Below are positions 25,000 to 38,451 of a stretch of DNA of 64,000 nt, piece after piece. Every line of letters begins with the position of its first letter. Position 1 is the stretch's first letter. The translations under genes and the position numbers were made by a program. The notes beneath the pieces are model-generated. The model searched no databases and was not told the origin of the DNA. It was given only the letters and a program-made list of their open reading frames with translations. This stretch comes from Epiperipatus broadwayi (Eukaryota; Animalia; Onychophora), in the NCBI GenBank assembly GCA_028023455.1, contig JAQFVV010000002.1, positions 14,012,001 to 14,076,000 on the forward strand, read 5' to 3'.

Positions 25000-26870
25000 C
25001 AGAAGTTCAATGACTGACAAGAAAGTTTAAGATGATGGGAAGATTAAAACTGGATAGAAAATACAGACATGCACTTATTGCAGTCATTCTAGATCTTTTT
25101 GTTATGCTGAAACAACACATGAATCTGAGAAATGTTATCACAGGCCTTTTAAATTCAGCAATGGCACTCGGTTATATGATGACAATGATATTTGAAATAG
25201 GTGGGAGTATTTTGATCATCTTTTGAATAATAATACAAGAAATGAAATGATGTCTTTTAGTGATATATCATTTTATCTATTTATTTATATTTGTACAAAG
25301 ATATTCATCTTAGGGAAGTCAAAACAGCTCTTTGCAATCTTAAAAGTGATAAGACTGTAGTTCCTGATGAAATATCTGAAGCAGTTTTAAAATAGGATGG
25401 TATGTTAGCTTCAAAATTATTGTAATTTTTTAGGAATATAAGTATTCAAGGAAGTTGTGTTGCTTGATCTTAAAGTGTGTATATTGCAGTTTTTGAAAAT
25501 GCGGAATAGACAATATTGCAATAATTATTGTGGATTATCATTATTATCCACTATAGCAAAAGTATTTTCAAGAATTTTGTTGGATAGATTGCTCCCAGTT
25601 ATAGAAGTATTGTAGACATGGTTTTTGTTACTAGGCAAATGCAAGATAAATGTCAGGAACAAAAACATGATTTTACATATTAATGTCAAAGCATTTATTT
25701 GATCAGTTAATTGAAAAGGTTTATGGAATTTTTTGAAATTAGTTGGTTGTCTATCAAAATTCATTCATATGTGATCTAATGAGAGGAAGTGTTAGTTTTA
25801 CTGGTGTAAAAGCGGCCATTTGAAGTAAAAGATGTACTTGCTCCAACATTATTTTCAATTTTTATGACAGTTGTCTTTGGCACTGTTTATAGGTGACTTA
25901 ATGAAACAGGGATCAAGATGTGATATGGATCTAACAGTATAATATTTAACTTGGATCGATTCAAAACAAATAAAAGAATTTATTTTTTGGATTCTTGATT
26001 TACAATATAGAGTTATACTTAAATAAGGCTATAACCTTAGTACATTACGTGCTGACATTGCACTTAATAAGAATTAATATATAGTTATGCTATTTTTTAC
26101 TAGTTTCAAAAGATGATTCACAGAATGTACTCAATGTTTTTTGAGAGCAACATGTCAAATCTTTGATTTAGTAATATTTAAAACCTCAAATTTATTAACA
26201 GCCAGTGAGGGGAGAAAAATCTTCATTACTAAAAATCAGTCTGAGAATGTAAATCAGTTTAAATGACTTAATAATTTTATAAGTATAAAGATGGACTTAC
26301 ACTTTGAATTATAACACAGGAACCCCAATGTGTTGTTGTTGCTTTTAACAAGTTAAAAGATTGAGTATTTCCTTATAGAGAAATATCTACTGCAACTTAG
26401 TTAACTGTATATAAAGCTATAAAATCATTAGAAAAGTTTTGTTTAAGAATGTTCCATAAAATTTCAAAAATATAATGGCAAGATTATAAAAGTCAATAAG
26501 TTTTTTTTTCTCTTTGCTAAAACTGATACTATAAAGTCCATCATTCTAAAATCACCATTTGTTTAATTGGACATGTAAAACAAATGAACAATGCAAGATA
26601 TTCTAAAAAATAATTTTATAGTGAACTTGAGCATAGATTTCATGGGAGTAGTAATCCCCATCTACATTATATATTACAGATATTTTTTAAATTATTGTTT
26701 CCATTGGGAAGATATTGCAGAAAATAGAATATATCGGAAAGCCACAATTAGATATGGTCTTGAAATATTTGAGAAATGTTTTCTGCTGAGGAAATTTCAA
26801 AGACTGCATTTCAAAATAGGAAACAGAAAAATGGACCAGAATGTTCTATATGTGAACTTCACAGATTGGT
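25000..26870 (+). mobile_element. RTE-BovB-like LINE relic
   Basis: NYCGLSLLSTIAKVFSRILLDRL; VDMVFVTRQMQDKCQEQ; C-terminal EDIAENRIYRKATIRYGLEIFE; many stops. Confidence 0.75.
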
Positions 26871-29800
26871 TTGTATAATCAATGTAATATCCATTTCTTG
26901 AACAGGTAATTGTCTTTCTTTCCTTGGAGTTGGGATGACCATAACCATTTACAAGTGGCTGCTGTGTGCATGTATGTATATGAAGCTTACCTATATTTAT
27001 ATTTGAGAAAAATTTGTCTGGGGGGGGGGGATTAAAGGATATAATTTATATATCATTTTTCTCTGCATTATATTAAGTAATTGGTAGTTCATTTCTATAC
27101 TAAAAATATACTTTACAACCTGTATTAGTTTTTAATACATAAGAAAATTTATTGCTCTTTTTTTTGGTTTAAATATAGAGAGATTTTTTTTTTTTGCAGT
27201 ATTTTATTGAAATAAACTGTTTGGTGCTATTACACTATATCATGATTGTTTTAATATTTATATTATAGATAAAGGGAGAGAATTTTTAATTTTATATATA
27301 CTATATCTTAAAATAATAACAGGCATGCTTTAAATTGACATCTTGCACAATATTTATATTATTTACATTGTGAACTTATGTTTTCTTTTTTGTTTTTTTT
27401 TTATAAATAAATTGAATTTATTAGTTGACAATCTTTTGTAATTGTATATTTTTTTGTTTGTTTGAAAATATTTTTTAAGCTTTCAATATATGTAAGTATG
27501 CCCCAAAATAAAATACTTGCCAAAGTTGCAAAAAAAAAAAAAAAGATGACTAAAATGGTTTGGCTTTCTGCACTTTGTTGATATTACTTATTCTTTTGTT
27601 AAACACAAACTAATATTTTTTTTAAAACTTGGTTAGCTATCTTTTTTGATATGATTAATAGTATTTAATATTTATTTGATATTTGAAATCTGACTAATTT
27701 TGATTTTGTTAGACAATTTTTTATATATACTTCATAGATTGCAGGGTTTTTTTTTTTTTTTTTAAAAAAAAAAAGAATTAGCATAGCAAAAGATTGCAGT
27801 ATTTTGACAAGTATTGAATAATGGGTTTATTATTGCCATTATTTGACTAAAAGAAAAAGATTAACCATATAATTCTAGCTTTTTAACTAATTTTTTGACA
27901 TTTTATAAAATGGGAATTGTTATAAATGTAAAAACTGACTTTTTAAATCTTCTATGCAACCAGTGAGAACAATTAAAATATGATAATGCAGTTTTTGTGA
28001 GAAATCTTTAAAATAATTTTTTATACAAATGCAAAAAAAATTGCTCTTCCCCTTCCTAACAATACTAGTAAATTGTAAAACATATTTTTACTTTGATAGA
28101 AAATAATTATTATGATCTATACAGTAATTTGTAGATAATAACAGCACAATTATTGAAATTAATTGGTTAGGAATAGGGCAATGAGAGCAGTTTAAGACTA
28201 ATAAATATATTAAAATGAAATAAAAATAAGATTATTTATTTTATTTAGCATATAGATATTATTTTTAAAAGTTAATTATTTTCAACATTTTTAAGGAATC
28301 TAGAAATTCCAATATAGAGTGATTAGTGTTTGCTTTTAATTTCCATTACCGAAGAAGGTTAATTCTACAATATTTGGCTTTTCTGAACTTAGGATGAGAT
28401 TCCTGTAACATCTTAGGTTGATCAAATCAAGGTAGTTTTATTGTTGAACATGAAAGAAAATTTATTTGTAATCCTGATCCATTTTTTAATGTTATAATTT
28501 TTTTGGTTGATGGAGATTTTTCTTAATTGAATGTCTGTAAAAATTATCTTGATTTTGATGCATATATATTGAGTGATAATACTCTGTCTAAAGTTAGTGG
28601 TAAAATAATCCATAGCTTTTTATATATTTTCTATGAGGTCATTTGTCTTCTGATATCTGTTGGAGAAATTTATGTAAGGATGAGTAGCTATCATAAGAAA
28701 GTAGTACCTTTACATTCAAGAATTTAGTGTAAAACAAACATATTATATTTAGTAGAAAAATATGTAAGAGCTTAGGAAATGGTTTTTGAATATTTGCATT
28801 ACAATTCCAAAATAGTTGTAGCCATCTAGACAAGAATATTGTTTCTAGAAATTATTTTCTATGTAACTTTTGAAAGTTGAGGAAAATAAATTAGTCAGTC
28901 CTAAGTAGCATAAAGCAGAGATTTATTTCAGTCTAGTATTACAGATTATATTTAGTTTATAAGTTGTTTCTTTGTTGTTAAGATGGAAAGTTAAAGATAA
29001 AATTTTTAAACTTTTTATATTCTTTTTAAATTAAAAGATTTTTCTGAGAAAAGGTCGTCTTTGTGTAGTCAAAACAATATTGTTAGAATATATGAATTTT
29101 TGCAAGACTATTAATAAAGATATTAATATAGGTGAGGAATTGAATTCTGGAAAACACCATTATATAAAATGTTGGATTTGCCATGATTATCATTTGAATG
29201 TTTATTGAAGAGAATTTTGTCAATTAAATTGGTGGCTTTTCTATATTAAAAATTTGCAGATTTTTTTTAAGGAATCCATTTTTACAGAATCATATGTTGA
29301 GGCTAAATTGATAACGGTATTAATCTTCATTTTTTGAAGAGCTTTTCTGTTGTGGTTAATTAAAGATAGAATTTGTTTTCATCAATCATTTCCAACTTAA
29401 ATTCTTTATGTTTTCAAAGAGCTTATGGGAAACACATTTTTTTAGGTCATCATTAAATTTGATAAGATTCATATTGGTTTTTTTTTGTCAAATTGGAAAT
29501 ATCTGCACTTGATGCTTTCCATATTTCAAGACCAAATTATAATACTGATTTTCTTTGGTTTAGGTTGTGAATGAGAAACCTGTATTCCATCTTTAACTAT
29601 GTCTTTTCTGATCATGTTAATATTGAACCATTTAATTAAAAAATGATAGTAGTGGTTCTTAACTGGTAGTTTGTTTAACCGCCGAGGTTAATCAATATTT
29701 ATCGCCAACCTTTTAAATGTCCAACTGGCTCTGAACTAATTAATGTTCGCTCTACTTCATAATAGATTTATGCTACTAGCAGATAGTTCCTGCGTAAGCT

Positions 29801-30077
29801 TTCCAGTTAATAATTCTGTATACATATATATGTCACGCGAGCACGTAAGTCTATTAGCAACAACGAATACTCCAACAATTATTATTGTTGTTTGTTCTAA
29901 TAATTTACAGTCGATCTCTATGCAATTAATTATTTGACATAAATGTATCCATTGTTCTGGGTAGTATCTCATGTCAGGTTTTATTTAGTATATCACACTT
30001 CTCCTCCCACTACACAGAACTAGGAGTAAACATGGAAACATTTCTCTTTTCTCCTCTCTTCTAGCAGACATAGTCTT

Positions 30078-31135
30078 TTAAGAATTTGGGAGACTGTTTT
30101 TTTCTCTCTGAGGTCTTGGTGATCTTTCTTTAATGTTGTCACTTGCTACTTCCCTTGGCATATCTTCCTGAGTATCTGTTTGTCGAGTTTGTGGTTTATC
30201 TATCTCTGATTTCGTCTCTGCCGGTTGGATGATTTTATTTCCACTGGGTTTATTGTTCTCCCAGCTTGGGGAACTGTGATGGCGTATATGGTTTATGTGT
30301 CGCTTGTGTAGACTATCTTTGAACCATACTTTTTCTCCCCCTATGAATGTTTTATTTTCTGTTTCGGACTGCACATTTTTAGCTGGTGGCCGTGAACTAT
30401 ATTCTTTTATAGTTGATCTGGCATTTGATTGACATGCTGTGCATGTTTTTGCATGTTTTTGTGAAGGACTCGATGTCCTCATTTATCTTAGGCCACCAAA
30501 CATAGCTTCTGGCGAGTGCTTTTGCCCGAACAACTCCTGGGTGTCCATTGTGCAGCATTTTGAATACCTGATTCCGGCCCTGCAAGGGTATTTATAACTC
30601 TGTCTCCATTTAGTATGCACCTTTTGCAGACTGATAAGCTTGAACGAGCATTCCAGAAAGCCAGTGGCAAGTTCTTTGGTCGTTTGTTGGGCCAACCTTT
30701 ACTAATCCATTTTATAAGCAATTGATATCCTGGATCATTATCTATCCACTCTGCTACTTTTTTACTATTTATCCGTGAATTCCAGTTGTCTATGTAGTTG
30801 ATTTCCACATTGACTTTTTTTATCTCGTTTATGGTAATTCCGAGTGGTCTAAACCAATTCCGGCCTATTAATGGATTTACTTGTTTATAGACTATGTATA
30901 GAGGTAATTTTCTTATTTTTGAGTTTAATTTAACTTTAACTTTTACCATTCTAACTATTTCCACCGTATTGCCATTTACGTCTTTGGAGCTTACATTGGT
31001 TTTTTCCATTTTATGTATAACGTTTCTTTGCACAGTGAGAACTTCCCAATCGCTAAGGGACATTAGTGTAACTCCGGAGCCGCTGTCAATTTCCATTTTA
31101 ATGTATTTCTCTTCGATGAGTATTGGCAGTTTGAA
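30078..31135 (-). pseudogene. pol: Reduced pol: aspartic protease, tether, integrase HHCC and C-terminus; no RT, RNase H or DDE core
   Basis: EIDSGSG and PLIGRNW (protease); KGWP tether; LHNGHPG..ARSYVWWP..TCTAC (HHCC); GEKVWFK..RHINHIR (C-terminal). Confidence 0.88.
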
Positions 31136-31948
31136 TTATGCTTCGTTACATTTAAAATTTTTAATGCTTGTATTAAGGTTTCTTTTGTCTGTATTTTCTG
31201 ATTTTTGTTTACGACAGACTTTCGCTAGATGACCTTTCATTCCGCAATTTGTACAATACTCTCGATTTTTCTTACAATTTCGAGCGATATGTCCCGATTT
31301 GCCACAGCAGTAACAGTTTATTTTTTTATCGTTTACTCTTTGCTGTTTTGACATTTCATTTCCCTGTTCAATGGTTTTATTAATGGATTGGTAAAAATTT
31401 ACCGATGGTGTGATATCCAGATCTTCTTTAGCTTGGTTCATCACAAACTCGTGTGCAATTCCTCTTTTAATGGCATCCTTGTAATTTAACTCTGAATCGG
31501 CTAGTAGGTGTTCACAGAATTTAGTGTTGTATATGCCCCATAATAACTGCTCCAGCAGGACCTCTTCTAAAAATTGTCCATAGACACAATTTTTTGCTAG
31601 TTCCCTTAGCGCTGTGTCAAATTCTTTAAAAGTTTCTGCTTTCATTTGCCGTCGATTTCTAAAATGCAGTCTAGCGACGTGTTTCGACGGAAGAAGGCAG
31701 AAGTGTGCTGTTAATTTTTGAACAATTTCATCGTATTGAAAAGTTTCAGGCTCTGCCGGTTCACATAGACGGTTTGCGATCTCGAGCACTTTCATTCCGG
31801 AAAATCCAAGTAATATGGCCACCTTAATGTGTTTTTCCTTGATCTTGTTAACAAGGAAAAATTTTCCCACTTGTTTAACGTATAGTGACCAGTTGGTAGG
31901 ATTCTCTATATCAAATTCTCCTATTGACATTTGGAACATGGCGGCCAT
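31136..31948 (-). CDS. gag: Gag (270 aa) with two CCHC zinc knuckles
   Basis: Open ORF; Mag-type N-terminus (IGEFDIENPTNWSLY); CYCCGKSGHIARNC and CTNCGMKGHLAKVC. Confidence 0.9.
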   Translation of the reverse strand: MAAMFQMSIGEFDIENPTNWSLYVKQVGKFFLVNKIKEKHIKVAILLGFSGMKVLEIANRLCEPAEPETFQYDEIVQKLTAHFCLLPSKHVARLHFRNRRQMKAETFKEFDTALRELAKNCVYGQFLEEVLLEQLLWGIYNTKFCEHLLADSELNYKDAIKRGIAHEFVMNQAKEDLDITPSVNFYQSINKTIEQGNEMSKQQRVNDKKINCYCCGKSGHIARNCKKNREYCTNCGMKGHLAKVCRKQKSENTDKRNLNTSIKNFKCNEA

Positions 31949-33037
31949 TGCTGATTACATTTAATGTTTCTTTTACAGGTTCTATCCTGTCGACTGCGCC
32001 AAATTAGTTTGTTTAACCGCCGAGGTTAATCAATATTTATCGCCAACCTTTTAAACGTCCAACTGGCTCTGAACTAATTAATGTTCACTCTACTTCACAA
32101 TATTTATACTACTAGCAAATAGTTCCTGCGTAAGCTTTCCAGTTAATAATTCCGTATACATATATATAATGTCATGCGAGCGCGTAAGTGTATTAGCAAC
32201 AACGAATACTCCAACAATTATTATTGTTGTTTGTTTTAATAATTTACAGTCCATCTCTATGCAATTAATTATTTGACATAAATGTATCCATTGTTCTGGG
32301 TAGTATCTCATGTCAGGTTTTATTTAGTATATCACAACTGGATCTTGTAAAATTTTGTTTTTTATTGGTCTTTCACATCTTTTCTATTATTCAAGATTTT
32401 ACACATTTGTCAATATGGATTATAAAGATCATTGCTGATTTTATTCTAACCGGAAATGTATTGTTTTTGCTATTCTTAAGGAAAGGACTTTTTTTATGAG
32501 TTGTTAAATATAACTTAAAAAAAGAAAATGGGGGTGGGGGGATTCTATTAATATTTCTTTCACAGTATACAGTATAAATTGATGATTAAAAATTTCATTA
32601 TCGGGACTAGGTGATTTTTAACTGTGAGAATAAGCATTCCAAAATAGACTTAATTTATGTTGGCTTTGGCTAAAGGGTGAAATCCAATATTAGCTATCAA
32701 TAGACAATTATAAACAATGCTTTAATTGCAACAAACTATAAATCTGGGATTTTGCTTATGCTCTCTTCTTGAATGGAATATTTCTTCTTTCTTTGTATTG
32801 TAAGTTGTGTGAAGCCATTCATTTTACAAGTTTCATTTCTCCAAAGCCCACCAAAAGAAATGATATTAGTTTGTGAATATAGATGTAAAAAGATTTATTA
32901 AGACTGATAGGGCAAATTTATTATGGAAGGTTTGTAAATATTGCATATATAGAGATTATTTATTTGAATAGTAATTGATATGTAGTTGATCTATTTTCAG
33001 CAGATTATTTGCTAATAATTTAAAATCACTATCCTAT

Positions 33038-33102
33038 GCTGTTAGCACAATGGTAGAGTATCAGATTCCAAAATGTGAAGTCTTGGATCAACTGGTGCTG
33101 GC
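33038..33102 (+). mobile_element. Degenerate tRNA-derived SINE head (Trp-like)
   Basis: A box TAGCACAATGG, TTCCAAA loop, decayed B box GGATCAAC; no TSD found. Confidence 0.4.
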
Positions 33103-33399
33103 ACATTATACTAAAGTGAAGTCAGAAATTTTAAGATGAGCATATTTTCTATAATGCAATAACATTAAACTTTTGTTGGATTATTATTTTATAAGGATTT
33201 TTTTATGTTATCAATATTGATTTTTCAGTAATTTGTGATATTTATTAGGGAAAAAGATAGCTCCTTATATATATATATATAACACTTGGAAGTATTTCAT
33301 TGTTACCATGTAGTTATTTTTTATTTTAAGAGCTTAAAGTTTACTCCTTGACAATCCTGGTACAGTTATCACCCAAAATAATAATAAAATTAAGATTTA

Positions 33400-34600
33400 T
33401 AACTTTGATACAAGATTTCAAATGTTGCTGTCATTTTTATTAATTGGGAATTCATTATATGATGTCTAATTGGAAACATTTTATAGGGTGAGTTATGTAA
33501 AGAAAGAATGAAAGATTAACAACATATTTCTATTAAGATTTTTATTCATTTTATTTAATTTATCCCCACCTCCCTTTAGATCAAAGAAATTTTATATATA
33601 GTGTTATAAAAAGGAAATTTTTAATGAATTTTAAATTAAAACACATTGTCATCATCCATCATTTTCAAACTTCGTATCTTTTTTAAAAAATTTTTTTCCT
33701 TCAAATATGACTTATGAAAAAAAGACAATAGTTTTTATTTTATTGAATTACAAATAACATTGGCTACTCTAGGCTCATGTACATTAGATGTTAATAGACA
33801 TTGGTATAAAGCTGCAATCCAAAGAACACCAGCTTTGGTATAAAGCTGCAATCCAAAGAACACCAGCTTCCCTTTTTTAAATAAATAAATTAAACTTCGG
33901 CAGATCACAAAATACATTCTACTATTACTCATATTAAAGCCTATTTACCTATTGAAATTCTCCAATTTCTTTTGTCATCAATTAACTATCTTCCCAAGTA
34001 TTTAAAACTCTTTATATTATGTAATTTCCTATCACCCTACTATTTTTAACCTTTTTTCTCTTTTACTTATTTTTTTGTTTTAATTTTAGTTGTTCTTATT
34101 TTTATTTCAAACTACATAAAATTTTAAGTTCATCTTAGTATCAAATAATGCATGTCACTAGGAAAATATGATACCCATCTAACAGTTGATCTACTTACTA
34201 CATGTTAAACAGATAAATGATAATATTCTTGTATTATAATTTATCTTTTCTGTAAAAATATCATTTAATTATAGATATATATCTCATGAATAAATTCATT
34301 CTAACAATTTTTTAAGTTCTTCCTATTCTGTTAGAACATTCAACAATGTAGTCCATTTTATCCTATCAAATGCCCTTTTAACATAAATGAAGCAAGTATT
34401 ATTTTGTAGTTAAAATTACGTTTTAATCTACTATGATATGCCTTTTTTTTTCCTATAATTTTTTCATTCCAATCATAAATCTATTTTTTCAATTTTTTTT
34501 TTTTTTTATGTAACCACAAGTAATTGGAATAGTATGACTATATTACTTTCAAATGCCTTTATTTGTGTCTCAAGACAATTCGATAGGCATAAGTTTGGAT
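33400..34600 (-). mobile_element. Old L1-like RT relic
   Basis: Minus-strand AFDRIKW motif near 34355-34375; includes a perfect 34-bp tandem duplication at 33801-33868. Confidence 0.4.
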
Positions 34601-35450
34601 ATTACAATGCAATCAACAAGAATTGTTACAAACAAATTTAGGGAGTGTCGGTGCATGTCAAGCGCATCCACACCCATACAATTGATTCAGTGCATATGAT
34701 TTTTAAACATTCAAGTATAAACATATGGATAAGTGAGCGGGTTTTTATGGTTCCAGATGTGCAGTGACACAAAATTCACCTGCCCCTCCAGACTCACACA
34801 CATAAACCCAACTTCTTATGCTTAAATTATTGTTCACAAAATCTTCCAATTATACATGTCCATTTCACCATTAGTTATTCAAAAATTTTTGTTATATTAA
34901 CTGCAATGTTAAACTTTCAAAACACCTCTATTCGTGCCTCATGACTATTTGGGAGGCATAAGCTTGAAAGAAACAAGGCAACCACTTCAGTTGCAGTGGG
35001 AATATTGTCCTTGGATTGTCCAATTGTACAAGTCTCCATTTCACCATTTAAGCATTCCCAATTCTGTTATAAATGTCTTTATATATATATGCATACTTCT
35101 TGGTTTGCATGGCATACCACTTGTAAGGCGGCCACTTTTCCTTTTATGTATTCATAAACTTCTATTAATTTGTTCAACCTTAGCAATCTTCATTTCCTAG
35201 GATTTATCATCCTGATATTTTATGGTCCTTTGGGCTCTTGTAATTTCTAGACACTAATGTATCGATTTATTTAGTATATAAGGTATGCACTACACTAGGC
35301 AAGGCATGGCCCTAGTGTAACCTGGTTCCAAGTCTGTTCAGTTAGCCATGGCTGGCATGTCTTCTTGTCATGGTCCTTGGCATCATTTAGCAATTTGAAG
35401 TATACTAACTCAATATTGTAATTTATTCTTTTTTCAAAAGTTATTCTATT

Positions 35451-38400
35451 TCATGCCGACCAGATGACAAATTTAACGTAAGTTGCCAATCTAATATTGC
35501 CAAAAGAGCCTTTTTTAAAAGCTTTCACCATATCCACCCAGGCCCAGTCTTTATCTGTGGTCTTTTGCAGTGTTAAGTAGCGTAGTTTTTTCCGGGTATC
35601 ACATTCCTGAAGATTGTGGGAAATTGTTTCATCGGTTTTCTTGCACAGTGGACACCCCGGATCCATTTTATAACTCTGCTTGTGGTGGAGGAATGCAGCA
35701 GTTGGTAGGGTCTCGAGGTTAACTTTTAATTATAAAAATCTACTAGTTTCGCCTCCAGCTTCCAGAACTTTGTTAACCTCACAAATCGCTTGATCCCTAG
35801 CTGGAATCTAGTCTTAGTGATGGGACTGCTGCCCTTGATTAGAGCATGAGTGTCCCAATAGGAAAGCTTCCCATTGAAAAGGGAATTGAACATTGTTACA
35901 TTTTTAGTCACAAGGGTGACTTGTTGCTGTAACCAAATGTTACCCTTTCTGGCGGGGCGGTCAGTGGGTTCGACCTCATTTATCGGTAGGGGGCTCTCCA
36001 TGTTTGGATTATCCTGAAAAAGTTTGGTTAAAATATTGTGGGCTTTCTGGATTAAGAAGGCGTTGATTGAATGGAGTCCGAGCTCATTTTGAGATTTAGG
36101 CTTTTGAAGGGAATTGAGACCAATCACTGCCATCCTCACCCCCAGCAAAGCCTCCTACATTGAGTCTCCACCTTTTTTATAAAGGTCTTAGTAGGGGAAA
36201 AGCCAGCCAGAAAATAAGTGATTTTGGGTAGTACAGCTGTGTTTAATGGCGCGACCTTCCCCAACAAGGAAAGTGGGACCTTGGTTAAGGATGTTAATGT
36301 GTTCTTAACCTTTGAAAATATTTTCCTCCAACTCCCTTCTCACGACGCTAGGAGGGGAGGCCAGGCTAAAGCCGAGAAACTTTTGGCGGATGCTCTGAAT
36401 CTTCCCCCGGATCTGTTTTCCGGTTCTGATCGACCACATGGCCAATTTTATTTCATTAACTTTTAGACCCAATTCAGAACCAAATTGGTCCAAGAGTTCC
36501 TCCAGCCTGTCAACCTCATCCTGTGGCGAGAGAAACACGGTCACATCATCTATGTTGGATACATGGCAGACTCTCTTAGCAAAGGAATGGCAATTCCCTT
36601 AAGGGATGCCTCAATGCGTAACAGTAATGGGTTAAGGTAAGCCGTGAAGAGGAGTGCACTCAGTGGTGAGCCCTGTGGTATTGAAACACAGGGCTGAAAT
36701 CCTGGAGCCACTCGACCATCCAGTGAGAAAAAGACCTATTCTGTAGAAGATTGTCCATCATTTGGAGATACGCCTGGGGCACTTGGAGTTTCTCCAGTAC
36801 ACTGAGTAACACATTGATCCGCACACAGTCAAAAGCATCAGCAAAGTCGAGTTGGACCACAACTGGCCAGACTATTTTATTTCTGCGTACATGATCCACT
36901 ATGAGGAGAAACCGACTGATGGCTTCTGCCCTCGAGCTCCCCTTCTTTGCAAACTGGAAGACTGACAGTTTATCAATAATAATCTTCTGTATGTCTTCTT
37001 TGATGAGGTTTTCAATTGTTTTACCAGTAGTGGGATCATGGAAATGGGTCGCAAATTCCCCAGCTCACATGGCCCTTGGAGTTTTTTGAGGAGGGAAACT
37101 ATTGCGACAGGATAAATCCCACTAATTTCCTGACTGCCATCAGCTAGTATATCCACCATCTTCTTAGCAATCGGTATTTGTGAACGAATTCAGCTGCAGC
37201 AGAAGGAATTTTGGGTTTCCATGCAGCCCAGGATGTGTGCCATCAGGAAAGGCTCTAAGCGTTGCCAGGATTCGGGCCTGTTATTTTGTGTGGTGGGGTA
37301 TTTGCGTAGAGAAAGTTCTAATTTTGTGAACACCACCGGGATTAAATTTCTTAATGTAGTGCTGTCTGATCCTGAGCAGCATGGACGCACCGACATATTT
37401 GTTGCCGTCTACCTCAATTGACCCGGATGCCCTAGATTTGCTGTTTGCTCCAAGGGCCCATTTAAGATAACCCTCGGTCCAGCAATGTTGGTAGTCAATG
37501 AATTGCCGAGCTCTTTTAATTGAGAGGTATTCGGCAACTTCCCTCTGTATAAGCCTGTTTTTAATTTTGAGTTCAATTATTTGGGGAATACTATGAGCCT
37601 CATATGGCATATCAATATGGTCCAATTCACTAATTAAGCATACTGGACTTCTGAGTGGAGATATTGATGCTGTCTCCAAGGGAATTAGTGAAGAATCTCC
37701 AGCCTCTTATTGCAGGCAGGGACAATAACTTAATTCTATTGAAGGCAATGTATGCCTGAGATACTAATTTAGTAGTTATTTTTGATTTAGTTAGCATGCG
37801 AGTGGTTCTTTCTAGGGGGTTTGTAGGTTGATCATCATTAAGTACCAATATTTTCACAAGCACAGCATGATGATCAGAAGGCCATGGGGCATAAATTTGC
37901 CTCCATTCCCGGGATCAAAGTTGGGGATACATATATCAGGTCGATCAATGAATGGGCCAACTTAGTATTAAAGGAATAATCATCTTCACGGAAAAACCGT
38001 TTACCACTCTTAAGGGGCTGGCTAAGGCGGACTGCATATTTGGCCTGAAATTGGTCATATTTAATCACCAATTATCAAGGTTGGGAAAGGACTGGTTCTC
38101 AAGGTACTATTGATTGAGTTTATAACACTAAATACAGTTTCAGGGTCCTTCGGAAATTTACTATGTTAAATGAGCGGCCTTTATCCTGTACTACTGCAAT
38201 TAGACAATCAAAATTTTAAAGATGGATGATTTTTTATTTATGATTATAGCTACTCCACCTGGTGCAGTATTAGAAAAGGAGTAGTGTAAGTAACCCATAG
38301 TTTGTAATAGATCAATGATTTTGTTATTAGACCGAAGGTATAATTTAGTTTTGCATAAGCATAGTATGTCTGGGTTGTGCTGTTTGAACAAATGTATCAG

Positions 38401-38451
38401 GGCATATGCCCTGTTAGTAGTGTTCAAGCCCCTTATGTTTAGTTTATGCAA
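35451..38451 (-). pseudogene. L1/Tx1-like ORF2 (APE-RT-CCHC), broken
   Basis: Ordered minus-strand fragments carry APE, RT and C-terminal zinc motifs. Confidence 0.85.

Larger units (their letters stand above)
29667..32336 (-). mobile_element. 2,670-bp non-autonomous Ty3/Gypsy (Mag-like) LTR element
   Basis: LTRs 29667-29997 and 32005-32336; 5-bp TSD ACTGG; tRNA-Ser-type PBS TGGCGCAGTCGACAGGAT at 32001-31984; PPT agtgggaggagaag at 30011-29998; gag, protease and integrase remnants. Confidence 0.95.
28280..32900 (-). mobile_element. Old L1-like LINE relic split by the Gypsy insertion
   Basis: Highly degenerate RT-like stretches (an RPISLL-like motif near 29100) on both sides of the LTR element; boundaries approximate. 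Confidence 0.4.

Noticed and set aside
29743-32311. Duplicated small ORFs (MRYYPEQW..., MFALLHN...)
   Set aside because: They lie within the two LTRs and have no protein features.
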